Positions 1-8,043 of a stretch of 64,000 nt of DNA are shown here, in pieces. The stretch is taken from contig JBKQSP010000125.1 of assembly GCA_052143575.1 (NCBI GenBank), forward strand, positions 3,281 to 67,280, in the 5' to 3' direction. Source of the DNA: Acidimicrobiales bacterium (GTDB taxonomy: Bacteria; Actinomycetota; Acidimicrobiia; Acidimicrobiales; Bog-793). Each line of letters starts with the position of its first letter. Within the stretch, counting starts at the first letter, position 1. A program made the position numbers and the translations under genes. A model generated the notes under the pieces. That model was not told where the DNA came from and did not search any database. It worked only from the letters and a program-made list of their open reading frames with translations.

Positions 1-1824
1 CCCCTCTACCGGGCGGCCGTCTACGGGGACCTCGCACCGAGCCGCCGCCAGGAGCTACACCGCGAGGCGGCGGAGATGACGGTCGGCGAGCCGGCGCTCG
101 CCCACCGAGTGGCGGCGGCCGACGTTGCCGACGACGAGCTGGCCGAGCTCCTCGACATCGAGGGTCGCAGAGCTCGCCGACAGCACCGCTGGACACTGGC
201 GGCGAAGTACCTCCTGTGGGCCTCGGAGCTGAGCTCGCGGTCGAGCGACGCCGAGCAGCGGCTCCTTCGTGCCGCCCGCGTGCTGGTCGAAGGGGACCGC
301 CGCGGCGAGGTCGAGGAGATGCGGCCGCGTCTCGAGGCGTGCACGCCAGGCCCCTTGCGAAGCCTCGTGCTCGGAGGGCTCGCCGCGAGGCTCGGCGAAC
401 ACGGCCTCGCCGAGGCTCTCCTCACCGAGGCAGCGGAGCCGGTCGCCGGGGGCGAGGTCGACCGCGGGCCGCACGTCGAGATCCGCGCTGCTGCCCTCGC
501 CGACCTGAGCACCCTCTACCTCGCCGGGGCGCGGCCCGCCGACGCCTTCCAGGCGGCCGAAGCAGCCCTCAGCCTTTCTCCCGAGGATGCCGACGTCGAA
601 AGGAAGGCCACGAGCATGGCCGCCTTCAGCCTGTCGCTCATGGTCGGAGCCCGGGCCGGTATCGAGCGAATCGACCGGCGGCTCCCCGCACGCAGCGAGG
701 ACGTCGCGCCCGAGGACGTCGAGCTGCTCGCCACCCGGTGCTCGCTCGCGTGGTGGTCCGGTCGCTTGCACGAAGCCCTCGCCGACCACCGGACGCTCGT
801 GCGCCTCGCCCGTGTGCAGCCGACCGCCCAGCTGCTGATCGCGCATGTCCGGATCGCCGAACTGCTCTACGAACTCGGCGAGTGGGACGAGGCGCTTGTG
901 CACGCGCACGTCGCCATCTCGCTCGCGACCGACGCCGGGGCCGACGCCACGGTCGCCGAGGCGCATCTCGCCATTGCGTGCGTGCTCGCCTCCCGAGGCG
1001 AGTTCGCCGCCGCCGACGAGCACGCCGCAGTCACGCCGCTCGGCGTAGTCGGGTCGGCTGGTGAGCACGAGGCCATGTTCCGCCTCTGGCAGGGCGTGCG
1101 GGCGCTGGCGCGTGGCGACACGACGGCGGCCGCCACGGCCCTCGGGCCGATGGGCAGTGTCGGTGAGGCGACCACAGCCTCCTTTGCTGTGCTACGGGAG
1201 GCGCGCCTTCTCGGACTCGGCGTCGTGTGGTGGCCGCGGGTTATCGCCGCCCTGATCGACGACGGCGACCTCGAGCACGGGAGCGAGCAGCTGGAGGAGT
1301 TCCGGGGCGTCGTCATCGATCGCCAACTTGGCTTCGCTGCCGCACTGGCGGGACTGCAGGCCCGCCTCGACGCCGCCCGCGGGGATGCAGCGGCTGCAGG
1401 CGAAGGGTTTCGGCAGGCGATCGCTGCCTTCGGCCGCGACGACCTCCTGCTGGACCGGGCGCTCCTCCACCGGGCCTTCGGCCGCCTCTTGCTCGCCCGG
1501 GGCGAGCGCCGTGAGGCGATCGACGAGTTCCGGAAGGCCCACGAGCTCTTTTCGAGTGTGGGTGCGAACGCCTTCGTCGACCAGATCGAGGCCGATCTGG
1601 CGGGAGCTGGAATGGCTGGCCCGACGGCGGGCGCCCGCGTATCCCGGTTCAGCCTTACCGAGCGCGAGAGCGACGTCGTCGCCCTCGTGGCCAAGGGGCT
1701 CAGCAACGCCGAAGTGTCCGCCCAGCTCTACGTGAGTATCAACACGGTCGAGTATCACCTCCGCAACGTCTTTGCCAAGCTTGGCGTGAAGTCGCGCCGG
1801 GAGCTACGCGCCGTCGCCCTCTGA
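1..1824 (+). CDS. LuxR-family transcriptional regulator, C-terminal 607 codons of a large helical-repeat (MalT/AfsR-like) regulator; 5-prime end lies outside the window
   Basis: Frame 1 is open from base 1 (PLYRAAVYGDL...). Ala/Leu-rich helical repeats. C-terminal GerE/LuxR HTH LTERESDVVALVAKGLSNAEVSAQLYVSINTVEYHLRNVFAKLGV. Stop TGA at 1822-1824. Confidence 0.85.
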   Translation, partial: PLYRAAVYGDLAPSRRQELHREAAEMTVGEPALAHRVAAADVADDELAELLDIEGRRARRQHRWTLAAKYLLWASELSSRSSDAEQRLLRAARVLVEGDRRGEVEEMRPRLEACTPGPLRSLVLGGLAARLGEHGLAEALLTEAAEPVAGGEVDRGPHVEIRAAALADLSTLYLAGARPADAFQAAEAALSLSPEDADVERKATSMAAFSLSLMVGARAGIERIDRRLPARSEDVAPEDVELLATRCSLAWWSGRLHEALADHRTLVRLARVQPTAQLLIAHVRIAELLYELGEWDEALVHAHVAISLATDAGADATVAEAHLAIACVLASRGEFAAADEHAAVTPLGVVGSAGEHEAMFRLWQGVRALARGDTTAAATALGPMGSVGEATTASFAVLREARLLGLGVVWWPRVIAALIDDGDLEHGSEQLEEFRGVVIDRQLGFAAALAGLQARLDAARGDAAAAGEGFRQAIAAFGRDDLLLDRALLHRAFGRLLLARGERREAIDEFRKAHELFSSVGANAFVDQIEADLAGAGMAGPTAGARVSRFSLTERESDVVALVAKGLSNAEVSAQLYVSINTVEYHLRNVFAKLGVKSRRELRAVAL

Positions 1825-1896
1825 GCTGGCCCGGGTGCCGGTGGGCGGCGATGACGGCGCTCCGCCCCTTTCTCCCTTCCTACCGCCTCCCACAGA

Positions 1897-1929
1897 TCCG
1901 TGGGACCCCTGACCTGGGGATCCCACGGA
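1897..1929 (+). terminator. GC-rich stem-loop downstream of the LuxR gene (terminator or regulatory hairpin)
   Basis: TCCGTGGGACCCC-tgacct-GGGGATCCCACGGA forms a 13-bp stem with one bulged T. It lies 73 nt after the stop codon. No U-tract follows. Confidence 0.4.
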
Positions 1930-1996
1930 GGCGAGCAGGAAAAGACTACGGAGCATCCGTGGGGTGCCCGGGCCGCCTGAGGCGCACCCTGAGGCC

Positions 1997-2164
1997 ATGG
2001 AGATCATCGTCGGCGTCACCGTGAGCCCGAGCGGCCAGCTGAGCGGCACCGCACGCCTCGCGACCGGCGAGGCCGAGGAGGTCTTCACCGGGGCCATGGA
2101 ACTCGTGGCCCGCATCGAAGCCCTGTGCGAACGCGCGGCGAACGGAAAGGAAGCCCAGCCATGA
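1997..2164 (+). CDS. small hypothetical protein (55 aa) translationally coupled to the following large gene
   Basis: ATG at 1997 (alternative GTG at 1964). MEIIVGVTVSPSGQLSGTARLATGEAEEVFTGAMELVARIEAL. Its stop overlaps the next start as ATGA at 2161-2164. No recognised family. Confidence 0.45.
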   Translation: MEIIVGVTVSPSGQLSGTARLATGEAEEVFTGAMELVARIEALCERAANGKEAQP

Positions 2165-5100
2165 CCAGTATCCCAACGTCCCCCGAGACAACCCAGCCTC
2201 CCGGCGAGGAGGGGGTCTCGAAGTCCCGGCCGTCGCGGCGGTCCGGCCTTGTGAAACTCCTACTGGCGGTGGTCGCCGCCACCCTCGCAGTCCTCCTCGT
2301 CATTCCGAGGACGCCGGTGTCAAGCAATGTCTCCGTCCAGTTTTCGAAGGCGGCTCTCGGGGCGGCTGCCGTGCCACGGCTCGGCATGAGCGCCTCCGAG
2401 TGCGACCAGCCGAGCATCGTCCCGCCGTCCACCTGGACGAGCGGCTCGCAGGCGGCCTCGGCGCGGCTCACCTCGGCCTCAGCGCCCCGCGTTGGCGGTG
2501 ACGAGCCGTTCGGCTTCAACGACATCTACGACAGCGTCATGTCGAACCTTTGGAGCGGTGCTGTCAATTATGGCGAGGACGCCTACTTCGGCTGGATCAT
2601 GGGCGCCATTTTCGGCGGCAAATCGGACTCCATCGACCCCGCCCAGGTGCAGCAAGACTTCCAGCAGGTGTCGAGCCAGCTCAACAACCTCTCGCAGGCG
2701 CAGTACGACGACTGCACGGCCATCATCGACACGCTCCAGGCCATGCAGTCCGACACGGACTCCGGCCTCTACTCCAACCTGGCCGGGCAGATGGCCGACC
2801 AGCTCGGCGCCTTGCAGACCTACCAGGACGACTTCAACTCCATCCTGTCGACGCTGCAGGCCAACGGTGGCAACGGCAGCGCCCTCTCGTCGGACGAGAA
2901 GGCCGACCTCGAGGACATGATCAACGGAAGCCAGGACGGCCTCCTCGGCATCATCAACACCATCAACGACAAGGAGGTCGGTGGCCAGCCCGGTGCTGAC
3001 GGCATGGTCTCCTTCTACGACAAGGTGCTCGTCGACAAGTACAACTACGACCCGTTCCGGACCCACCTGTTCCCGGCGGCCTTCGTGGACGAGGCGGCGG
3101 CGCAGCAGCAGTACTACTCCAACCTCATGGCGGAGGCCGCCTACCTCTACGCCAACGTCGAGCACCTGAGCTGGACCGACGGCACCTACAGCCACAGCCC
3201 CAACTCGGAGGCGGTCACGTCCTTCCTCGGCATCGTCCAGCAGGACGTGCAGTCGTGGACGTCGGCCTTCGCCGACGGCCCCGTCGGCGACGGGACGCCC
3301 AACTGGGTGAGCCAGCTACACGGCTTCGGCATCGGGGCCATCCCGGCCAATACCGTCCTCGACTACCGCAACCAGAACGACCCCATGCTGTGGACGACCA
3401 CGCCGGCCAACCTCACCGGTGAGCCGACCGGCCAGACGCCCTACTACTGCGGCACCACGGTGCAGTACTGCTTCGACCACACCTTTGCCAAGGTCATGTT
3501 CCGGCCCGGCGACGTCCAGATCTGGGCGCCGGTTGACACCAAGCTCGTCCCGGCCTCGCCCGAACCGATTGCGACGATGGTGAGCGACGCCGGCTACGAC
3601 GGTCTCTCCGGCTGGCGGGTGCCGACGACAGCGGACATCAACACGCTGCAGGCAGGCGCCACCGGCGGCCTCGGCACGTGGGGCCCGGCGAATTCCCTGG
3701 ACATGTTCGCCCCGGCGACGTTCACCTCCCACTACGGCGGAGTGGACAAGCAGATGACGGAGATCCTGCCGATCCTTGTGAACAGTGGGAGCGCGGCGAG
3801 CCCCACCTACACCGTCGGCATCGCCCAGCCGACCGACGACACCCTCACCTACCCCGACCTGCAGCTCGCTGACGGGACGGAGAACGACCTGGCAGGACAG
3901 GTCTTCCTCGTGCAGGACTTCCAACCGACGACGCCGCCCCCGAGCAACGGGCCCGCTGCCGGCCTTGCGAGCGGTGCTCGGCCTGCCCACGGAGTCCCGG
4001 CGCCGACGGCCCCCAAGGTTGGCGCCTCGACGGTGGGCGTGGCTCGCGTCAACTATTCGACTCCGTCGGCGTGCACCGCCAACGTCTACACCGTGCCCGC
4101 CGGCGTCGGTTTCGTGCAGATCACTGCGGTGGGGGGCCACGGGACCGCGGGGTACCTGGACGGGAACGCCGTCTCAGCAGGCGGCGCCGGTGGCCTCGTC
4201 GGCGAGATCCTCCCCGTCACCGCTGGCGACAAGCTCTACGTGCAGGTGGGCGGCTCCGCAGGCGCTTCGGGCAAGAACTACCTCGGCGGCCTCGGGGGCG
4301 GTGGCGATGGCGGGTTCACCCAGTCTCTCGAGCACGGCGACACGAGTGGCGGCGGCGGCGGCATGTCGTTCGTGAGCTCCTCGCCCCAGTGCCAGACAAG
4401 CCAGTCCTGGTTGGTCGTGGCCGGCGGCGGCGGTGGCGGCGGGAGCGGCCTCGGCTGGAAGGGCTACCCGATGCTCGACGGTGGCCAGGGCGGCGACGGC
4501 TGCGCCGACACGACCGTCACCTGCACCGGAGCCACCTCCGGGAGCCAGCTGAGCGACTCGTCCGGCACGGGCGGTGCCGCCGGTCAGCCCGCTCCGAGCA
4601 ACCTCGGTGGCAAGGGTGGAACCAACGGTTACACCTTCGCTGAGCCGGGATCGAGCGGTTGGATCGGCGTGGGCGGCCCGGGTGGGTCGTACGACTCGAA
4701 CTTCTACAGTGGCGGTGGCGGTGGTGGCGGTGCTGGCTACTTCGGTGGCGGCGGTGGCGGTGGTGCCGGTTTCAACGCTGCCGGTGGCGGCGGTGCCGGC
4801 GGTGCCAGCTTCGCCATTCCCGGCGGTGAGGGCATCTCCTACGGGGTCGCCCCGAGCGGAGTGTGGGACGGGTACGTCACCATCACGCCGGTCACCCAGC
4901 CCTACCCGACGCTGACGATCTCGGCCGGCACGGCGAACCCCACCTGGGGAAACCCGCCGGTCCTCACTGCGACGGCTCCCGCCTACGCAGAGGGTCAACT
5001 CAGCTTCTACGACGACGTCAACGGCGGCTGTGAGGACACGAGCAGCTCTCAGGCGAGCTGCGTGGAGCTCGGCGCTGCGCCGATCGAGAACGGCGTCGCC

Positions 5101-5850
5101 GCCTTCACGCCCGCGGCCAACCAGCTCTCGATCGGCGACCACGAGATCGAGGCGTACTACGCGGGCAACAACAACTACACGAGCGGCTGGTCGGGCCCGG
5201 TCACCGTCAGCGTCGCCAAAGCAGCGCCCGACATGACGCTCTCGATCCTCGGCACTCAGCTTCCAGCTGGGACGCAGCCGACTTCGCTCGTCGTCCAGAT
5301 GCCGGCTGACGCAACCGGGTCGGTCGGCTTCTACGACGACGTCAACGGTGGTTGCGACGGGAGCACCGGGCCCGGGACGGCGTGCCAGGGTCTCGGCCTT
5401 GCTCCCATCGTGGACGGATACGCCACGATCACCACGCTCAGCCCGACCCTCGGGAACGGCACCCACGAGATCCACGCCGCCTACGGAGGCGACGCCAACT
5501 ACATCCCAGACGAGTCCAACCCCGTCCAGGTGACGATCGGGCTCTCCGCGGGTGCGCCCTCGCCGGCGCTGACGGTGGCGGCGAACTCCCGGGTCGCCGG
5601 CGGGATCGTGACGGTCCACGGTACGGCCAACGCGTTCACCACCGTCTGGCTCCACGAGCGGAGCCTCGGGTCGGACGCCTTCCGCACGGTGACAGCGCAG
5701 GTTGCGAACCACGAAGGAACCTACATGTTCCACGTGTCCATCGCGAGAACCACCGAGTTCTATGTGAGCGCCGTCGACGGCAGCCGCTCCTCGGTCGCAA
5801 CGGCCCGAGTGCTGAAGAGCCACCGGCTGCCGCCGGTGGCCGGAAGGTAG
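2161..5850 (+). CDS. large secreted or membrane-anchored mosaic protein (1,229 aa): helical region, DUF1566-like segment, glycine-rich domain, tandem Ig-like domains
   Basis: ATG 2161 is preceded by GGAAAGGAAG. N-terminal hydrophobic anchor LLLAVVAATLAVLLVIP. Gln/Asp-rich helical segment. WRVPTTADINTLQ motif. Gly-rich block VYTVPAGVGFVQITAVGGHG...GGGGGGGAGYFGGGGGGGAGF. Two 108-aa repeats each start with FYDDVNGGC. Confidence 0.8.
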   Translation: MTSIPTSPETTQPPGEEGVSKSRPSRRSGLVKLLLAVVAATLAVLLVIPRTPVSSNVSVQFSKAALGAAAVPRLGMSASECDQPSIVPPSTWTSGSQAASARLTSASAPRVGGDEPFGFNDIYDSVMSNLWSGAVNYGEDAYFGWIMGAIFGGKSDSIDPAQVQQDFQQVSSQLNNLSQAQYDDCTAIIDTLQAMQSDTDSGLYSNLAGQMADQLGALQTYQDDFNSILSTLQANGGNGSALSSDEKADLEDMINGSQDGLLGIINTINDKEVGGQPGADGMVSFYDKVLVDKYNYDPFRTHLFPAAFVDEAAAQQQYYSNLMAEAAYLYANVEHLSWTDGTYSHSPNSEAVTSFLGIVQQDVQSWTSAFADGPVGDGTPNWVSQLHGFGIGAIPANTVLDYRNQNDPMLWTTTPANLTGEPTGQTPYYCGTTVQYCFDHTFAKVMFRPGDVQIWAPVDTKLVPASPEPIATMVSDAGYDGLSGWRVPTTADINTLQAGATGGLGTWGPANSLDMFAPATFTSHYGGVDKQMTEILPILVNSGSAASPTYTVGIAQPTDDTLTYPDLQLADGTENDLAGQVFLVQDFQPTTPPPSNGPAAGLASGARPAHGVPAPTAPKVGASTVGVARVNYSTPSACTANVYTVPAGVGFVQITAVGGHGTAGYLDGNAVSAGGAGGLVGEILPVTAGDKLYVQVGGSAGASGKNYLGGLGGGGDGGFTQSLEHGDTSGGGGGMSFVSSSPQCQTSQSWLVVAGGGGGGGSGLGWKGYPMLDGGQGGDGCADTTVTCTGATSGSQLSDSSGTGGAAGQPAPSNLGGKGGTNGYTFAEPGSSGWIGVGGPGGSYDSNFYSGGGGGGGAGYFGGGGGGGAGFNAAGGGGAGGASFAIPGGEGISYGVAPSGVWDGYVTITPVTQPYPTLTISAGTANPTWGNPPVLTATAPAYAEGQLSFYDDVNGGCEDTSSSQASCVELGAAPIENGVAAFTPAANQLSIGDHEIEAYYAGNNNYTSGWSGPVTVSVAKAAPDMTLSILGTQLPAGTQPTSLVVQMPADATGSVGFYDDVNGGCDGSTGPGTACQGLGLAPIVDGYATITTLSPTLGNGTHEIHAAYGGDANYIPDESNPVQVTIGLSAGAPSPALTVAANSRVAGGIVTVHGTANAFTTVWLHERSLGSDAFRTVTAQVANHEGTYMFHVSIARTTEFYVSAVDGSRSSVATARVLKSHRLPPVAGR

Positions 5851-6302
5851 TGCCGGTGGTGGCGTAGACCACCGTGGACACGACCGCCCCCGGGCGTCGC
5901 GCCGGCAGTCGCGAGGTCCGGGGGCGGCGGCGCGCTCGGGCATCACTCCGCCGGTCGACCGAGGCGCGGTCTGGCACGCGTCCGCGGCTACCGGGCATCC
6001 GTGAGGTGTCGGCCCGCCGGCAGGGCGCAGACTCTCGACACAAGGCCAGAACGTCGACGCCCAGTTCAAGTCGGCTCGGGCCGGCGGGGCCGGCGGAGGG
6101 GTCAGCGTACGTAAAGTGACTCCGAGGAGAGGCTCCGTCGCATGGATCGCCGATCTCGAACGCGAGGAGGGCGTCGCCGCCACCAGGGTCTATCCACGGC
6201 TGGCCAAAGATTGGCCGGCTAACCGGCCGGGAGAGGCGGCCTGCGGACCCTGACGAGAAGTCTCTGGCGCCAAGCTCTGTGCGCCGACCGACGTTTGAGC
6301 AG

Positions 6303-6566
6303 CTAAGCCTCTACGAGGATCACCATTGTCTCGGGCAAGACGCCGTCATGCTCCATCGCCTCGGCCGCCCCCTCAGCCTGCATGGCGGCCGTGAAAGTAT
6401 CCATGTCGGGAACGTCCATGAGCACTGCAACGTGGGTCGGGTTCTGCGGGTCGACGAACGTCCGGATGTTGCTGACGCCGAGCGGCCCGAAGAACTCTTC
6501 TCGCTTCGGTGATGCCAGCCAATGATCCTTGTCCTTCACATCGTGGTGACCGATCAAAGTAGGCAT
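6303..6566 (-). CDS. small conserved-looking hypothetical protein (87 aa)
   Basis: ATG is preceded by GGAGGAAGC. MPTLIGHHDVKDKDHWLASPKREEFFGPLGVSNIRTFVDPQNPTHVAVLMDVPDMDTFTAAMQ. A GGCCGG-ctaa-CCGGCC hairpin at 6213-6228 lies downstream. Confidence 0.6.
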   Translation of the reverse strand: MPTLIGHHDVKDKDHWLASPKREEFFGPLGVSNIRTFVDPQNPTHVAVLMDVPDMDTFTAAMQAEGAAEAMEHDGVLPETMVILVEA

Positions 6567-6716
6567 GCTTCCTCCGTGTGACGTGGTCCCGACGACGGTG
6601 CCGAGCCCGGCGCGCTGACGCTACACCGGCGTGCCTGGTGCGTGCGCCGAGAAGGCGCTGGCGCACTGCGCCTTCACACCGGCACTGCTAGTGATGCTGT
6701 GAGATCGACAACATCA

Positions 6717-6791
6717 GTGGAGGTGCGGACTCGAACCGCCAGACGTCGCCCTGGCCTCTGGTCCGGAGCTCGTCAGCGCCAGCACCTCCAC
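6717..6791 (-). pseudogene. degenerate tRNA-like element: intact acceptor stem and T-arm, non-canonical D and anticodon arms
   Basis: The minus strand reads GTGGAGG...GGCGG-TTCGAGT-CCGCA-CCTCCAC. That is a 7-bp acceptor stem plus a consensus GGTTCGAGTCC T-arm in a 75-nt unit. The best anticodon stem has only 3 of 5 pairs, position 33 is C, and no proper D stem forms. Confidence 0.3.
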
Positions 6792-6968
6792 TCGACGAAT
6801 GCCCTGATCAGTCGAGCAGGGTTTGAAAGCCGGGTCAGCACTCTTCGCGCAGGACCGAGGGTTGCGATCGTCTTACTCCTCGCCACCAATCGAGCGTTCT
6901 GGTAACCTCCAAGCCGGCGCGCCGGGAAGCCTGGTCGGCATCACAACTCACAGTTCACAGGAGTTACG

Positions 6969-7613
6969 ATGCGAGTCAGGCCGCGTGTTCGTGGCATGTC
7001 AGAGCGCGTACCAGGCCTTTGGTCGCGCGACTGGACACTCCGTCGCGAGGCGACGGGACAGGACCCAGCTCACGGCGTCTCGGGCATGCCGATGCTGCCA
7101 GCCGACGGTGCCCGCCTCGCCGCCGAGGCGGCTGCGTTTTTGGCTGAGGTACCGGATGAGGGACGTGAGGCTTCGCGGCGTGGAAGCAACTACCGTCTCC
7201 TCCTCCCGTACACGCATTCCGAGCCGGCAGAGCGAGCCCTCAAGGCAGCCGTCGATCTGTCATGTCTGTTCAGCGCAGAAGTCTGGGTGCTCCATGTCCG
7301 AGAGTGGGACGAGTTCGGGCGTGGCGGACGCAGCTATCTCGAGACTCGGGAAGAGGCCGTTGCGCTCGTCGGAGGTGCCGTCGAGCAGCTGAGACAGCAA
7401 GGGTTGACGGCCAGGGCTGTGTTGAAGGATTCCGCCCGCGGCCGGCTCCCACAAGAGATCGCCGTAAAGGCGGACGAGTTGCGCGCTGACGCCATCGTGG
7501 TAGGAGCGCGACAGCGTCCGCTCCTCTCCGCCGCCCTCCTCGGAAGTGTCTCCCTCGGCCTGATGCGGCGCGCGAACTGTCCGGTCATCGTCGTTCACAC
7601 TCCAGCGCGATGA
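6969..7613 (+). CDS. universal stress protein (UspA family) with an N-terminal extension
   Basis: AGGAG at 6959-6963 lies 5 nt before ATG 6969 (alternative ATG at 7086). Usp core YRLLLPYTHSEPAERALKAAVDL...VWVLHV...ADAIVVGARQRPLLSAALLGSVSLGLMRRANCPVIVV. Confidence 0.8.
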   Translation: MRVRPRVRGMSERVPGLWSRDWTLRREATGQDPAHGVSGMPMLPADGARLAAEAAAFLAEVPDEGREASRRGSNYRLLLPYTHSEPAERALKAAVDLSCLFSAEVWVLHVREWDEFGRGGRSYLETREEAVALVGGAVEQLRQQGLTARAVLKDSARGRLPQEIAVKADELRADAIVVGARQRPLLSAALLGSVSLGLMRRANCPVIVVHTPAR

Positions 7614-8041
7614 CGTGGCTTGCCGCGCAGCGCGAGCTGAGTCAGGGATCGTCAGGGCTCACCCAGTGCCTGGGAGCAGACGCGATGCGGACTGCGATAG
7701 ACGGCTCACCGAGGAGTCGACGCCAGGGAGGGACTCGGTCGGTCGAACCGGGTATTGTTGGCGCCTCGCCGCGCTCGTTTCGGAGCGAGTCACCGCTGCA
7801 TCCGACCGGGCCGAGTCCACGTAGCGTCTCAGAGCTGTCTGCTGGCGTCTCGGATCGCGATAGTCGTAGATCTGGACTTGTCATGTTGTATCGAGTCGTT
7901 CCGGGAGCAATGCTCCGTGGGCGGGCTCTGCGAGCCGTCGTCGCCCTCGAGACCTCCCCGTTCTGGGCGCGTCGGCTGTCGGACGACTCGCCTCTTTGCG
8001 GAAGCTCCCAGCGGGCCCGCGCCTTGATGGAGATGAGCTGA
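7610..8041 (+). CDS. hypothetical Ser/Arg/Pro-rich ORF (143 aa) filling the usp-kdpE gap
   Basis: Its ATG overlaps the usp stop (ATGA at 7610-7613). Its stop TGA at 8039-8041 lies 2 nt before the kdpE ATG. No recognisable motif. Codon usage is similar to the flanking lower-GC genes. Confidence 0.3.
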   Translation: MTWLAAQRELSQGSSGLTQCLGADAMRTAIDGSPRSRRQGGTRSVEPGIVGASPRSFRSESPLHPTGPSPRSVSELSAGVSDRDSRRSGLVMLYRVVPGAMLRGRALRAVVALETSPFWARRLSDDSPLCGSSQRARALMEMS

Positions 8042-8043
8042 CC

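Noticed and set aside
2125-2160. The longer start (2125) for the giant protein, and the longer start (53846) for deoC.
   Set aside because: ATG 2161 has a strong GGAAAGGAAG RBS and forms an ATGA junction with the upstream ORF. The deoC extension would overlap the add gene by 89 nt and is Ser/Pro-rich filler, so GTG 53693 is preferred.
4174-6183. Very long ORFs on the strand opposite to, or out of frame with, recognised genes. Examples: 4174-6183, 7642-8880, 9483-10931, 16149-17771, 27912-29303, 43963-45813, 48510-50339, 57552-59420.
   Set aside because: Their translations are Arg/Pro/Gly/Ala-rich low-complexity strings with no motifs. Such shadow ORFs are expected in approximately 70% GC DNA because stop codons are rare. 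Each overlaps a gene with clear family signatures.
5851-6302. A 450-bp GC-rich gap after the giant protein gene, examined for a missed gene or RNA.
   Set aside because: All frames give Arg-rich nonsense. Only small hairpins are visible (GGTGGT-N7-ACCACC after the stop, and GGCCGG-ctaa-CCGGCC at 6213-6228), which are compatible with terminators.
6717-6791. Functional tRNA, tmRNA 3-prime end or SRP RNA.
   Set aside because: No canonical D or anticodon arm forms and there is no TCA anticodon for tRNA-Sec. The 5-prime partner of the acceptor stem is only 75 nt away, which is too short for tmRNA. The GGUCCGGA segment lacks the conserved SRP domain IV loops. It is kept only as a degenerate tRNA-like element.
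7614-8043. Remnant of the kdpD histidine kinase (HisKA/HATPase) upstream of kdpE.
   Set aside because: Translating all three forward frames showed no H-box, N, G1 or G2 motifs. Only the anonymous ORF 7610-8041 is present.
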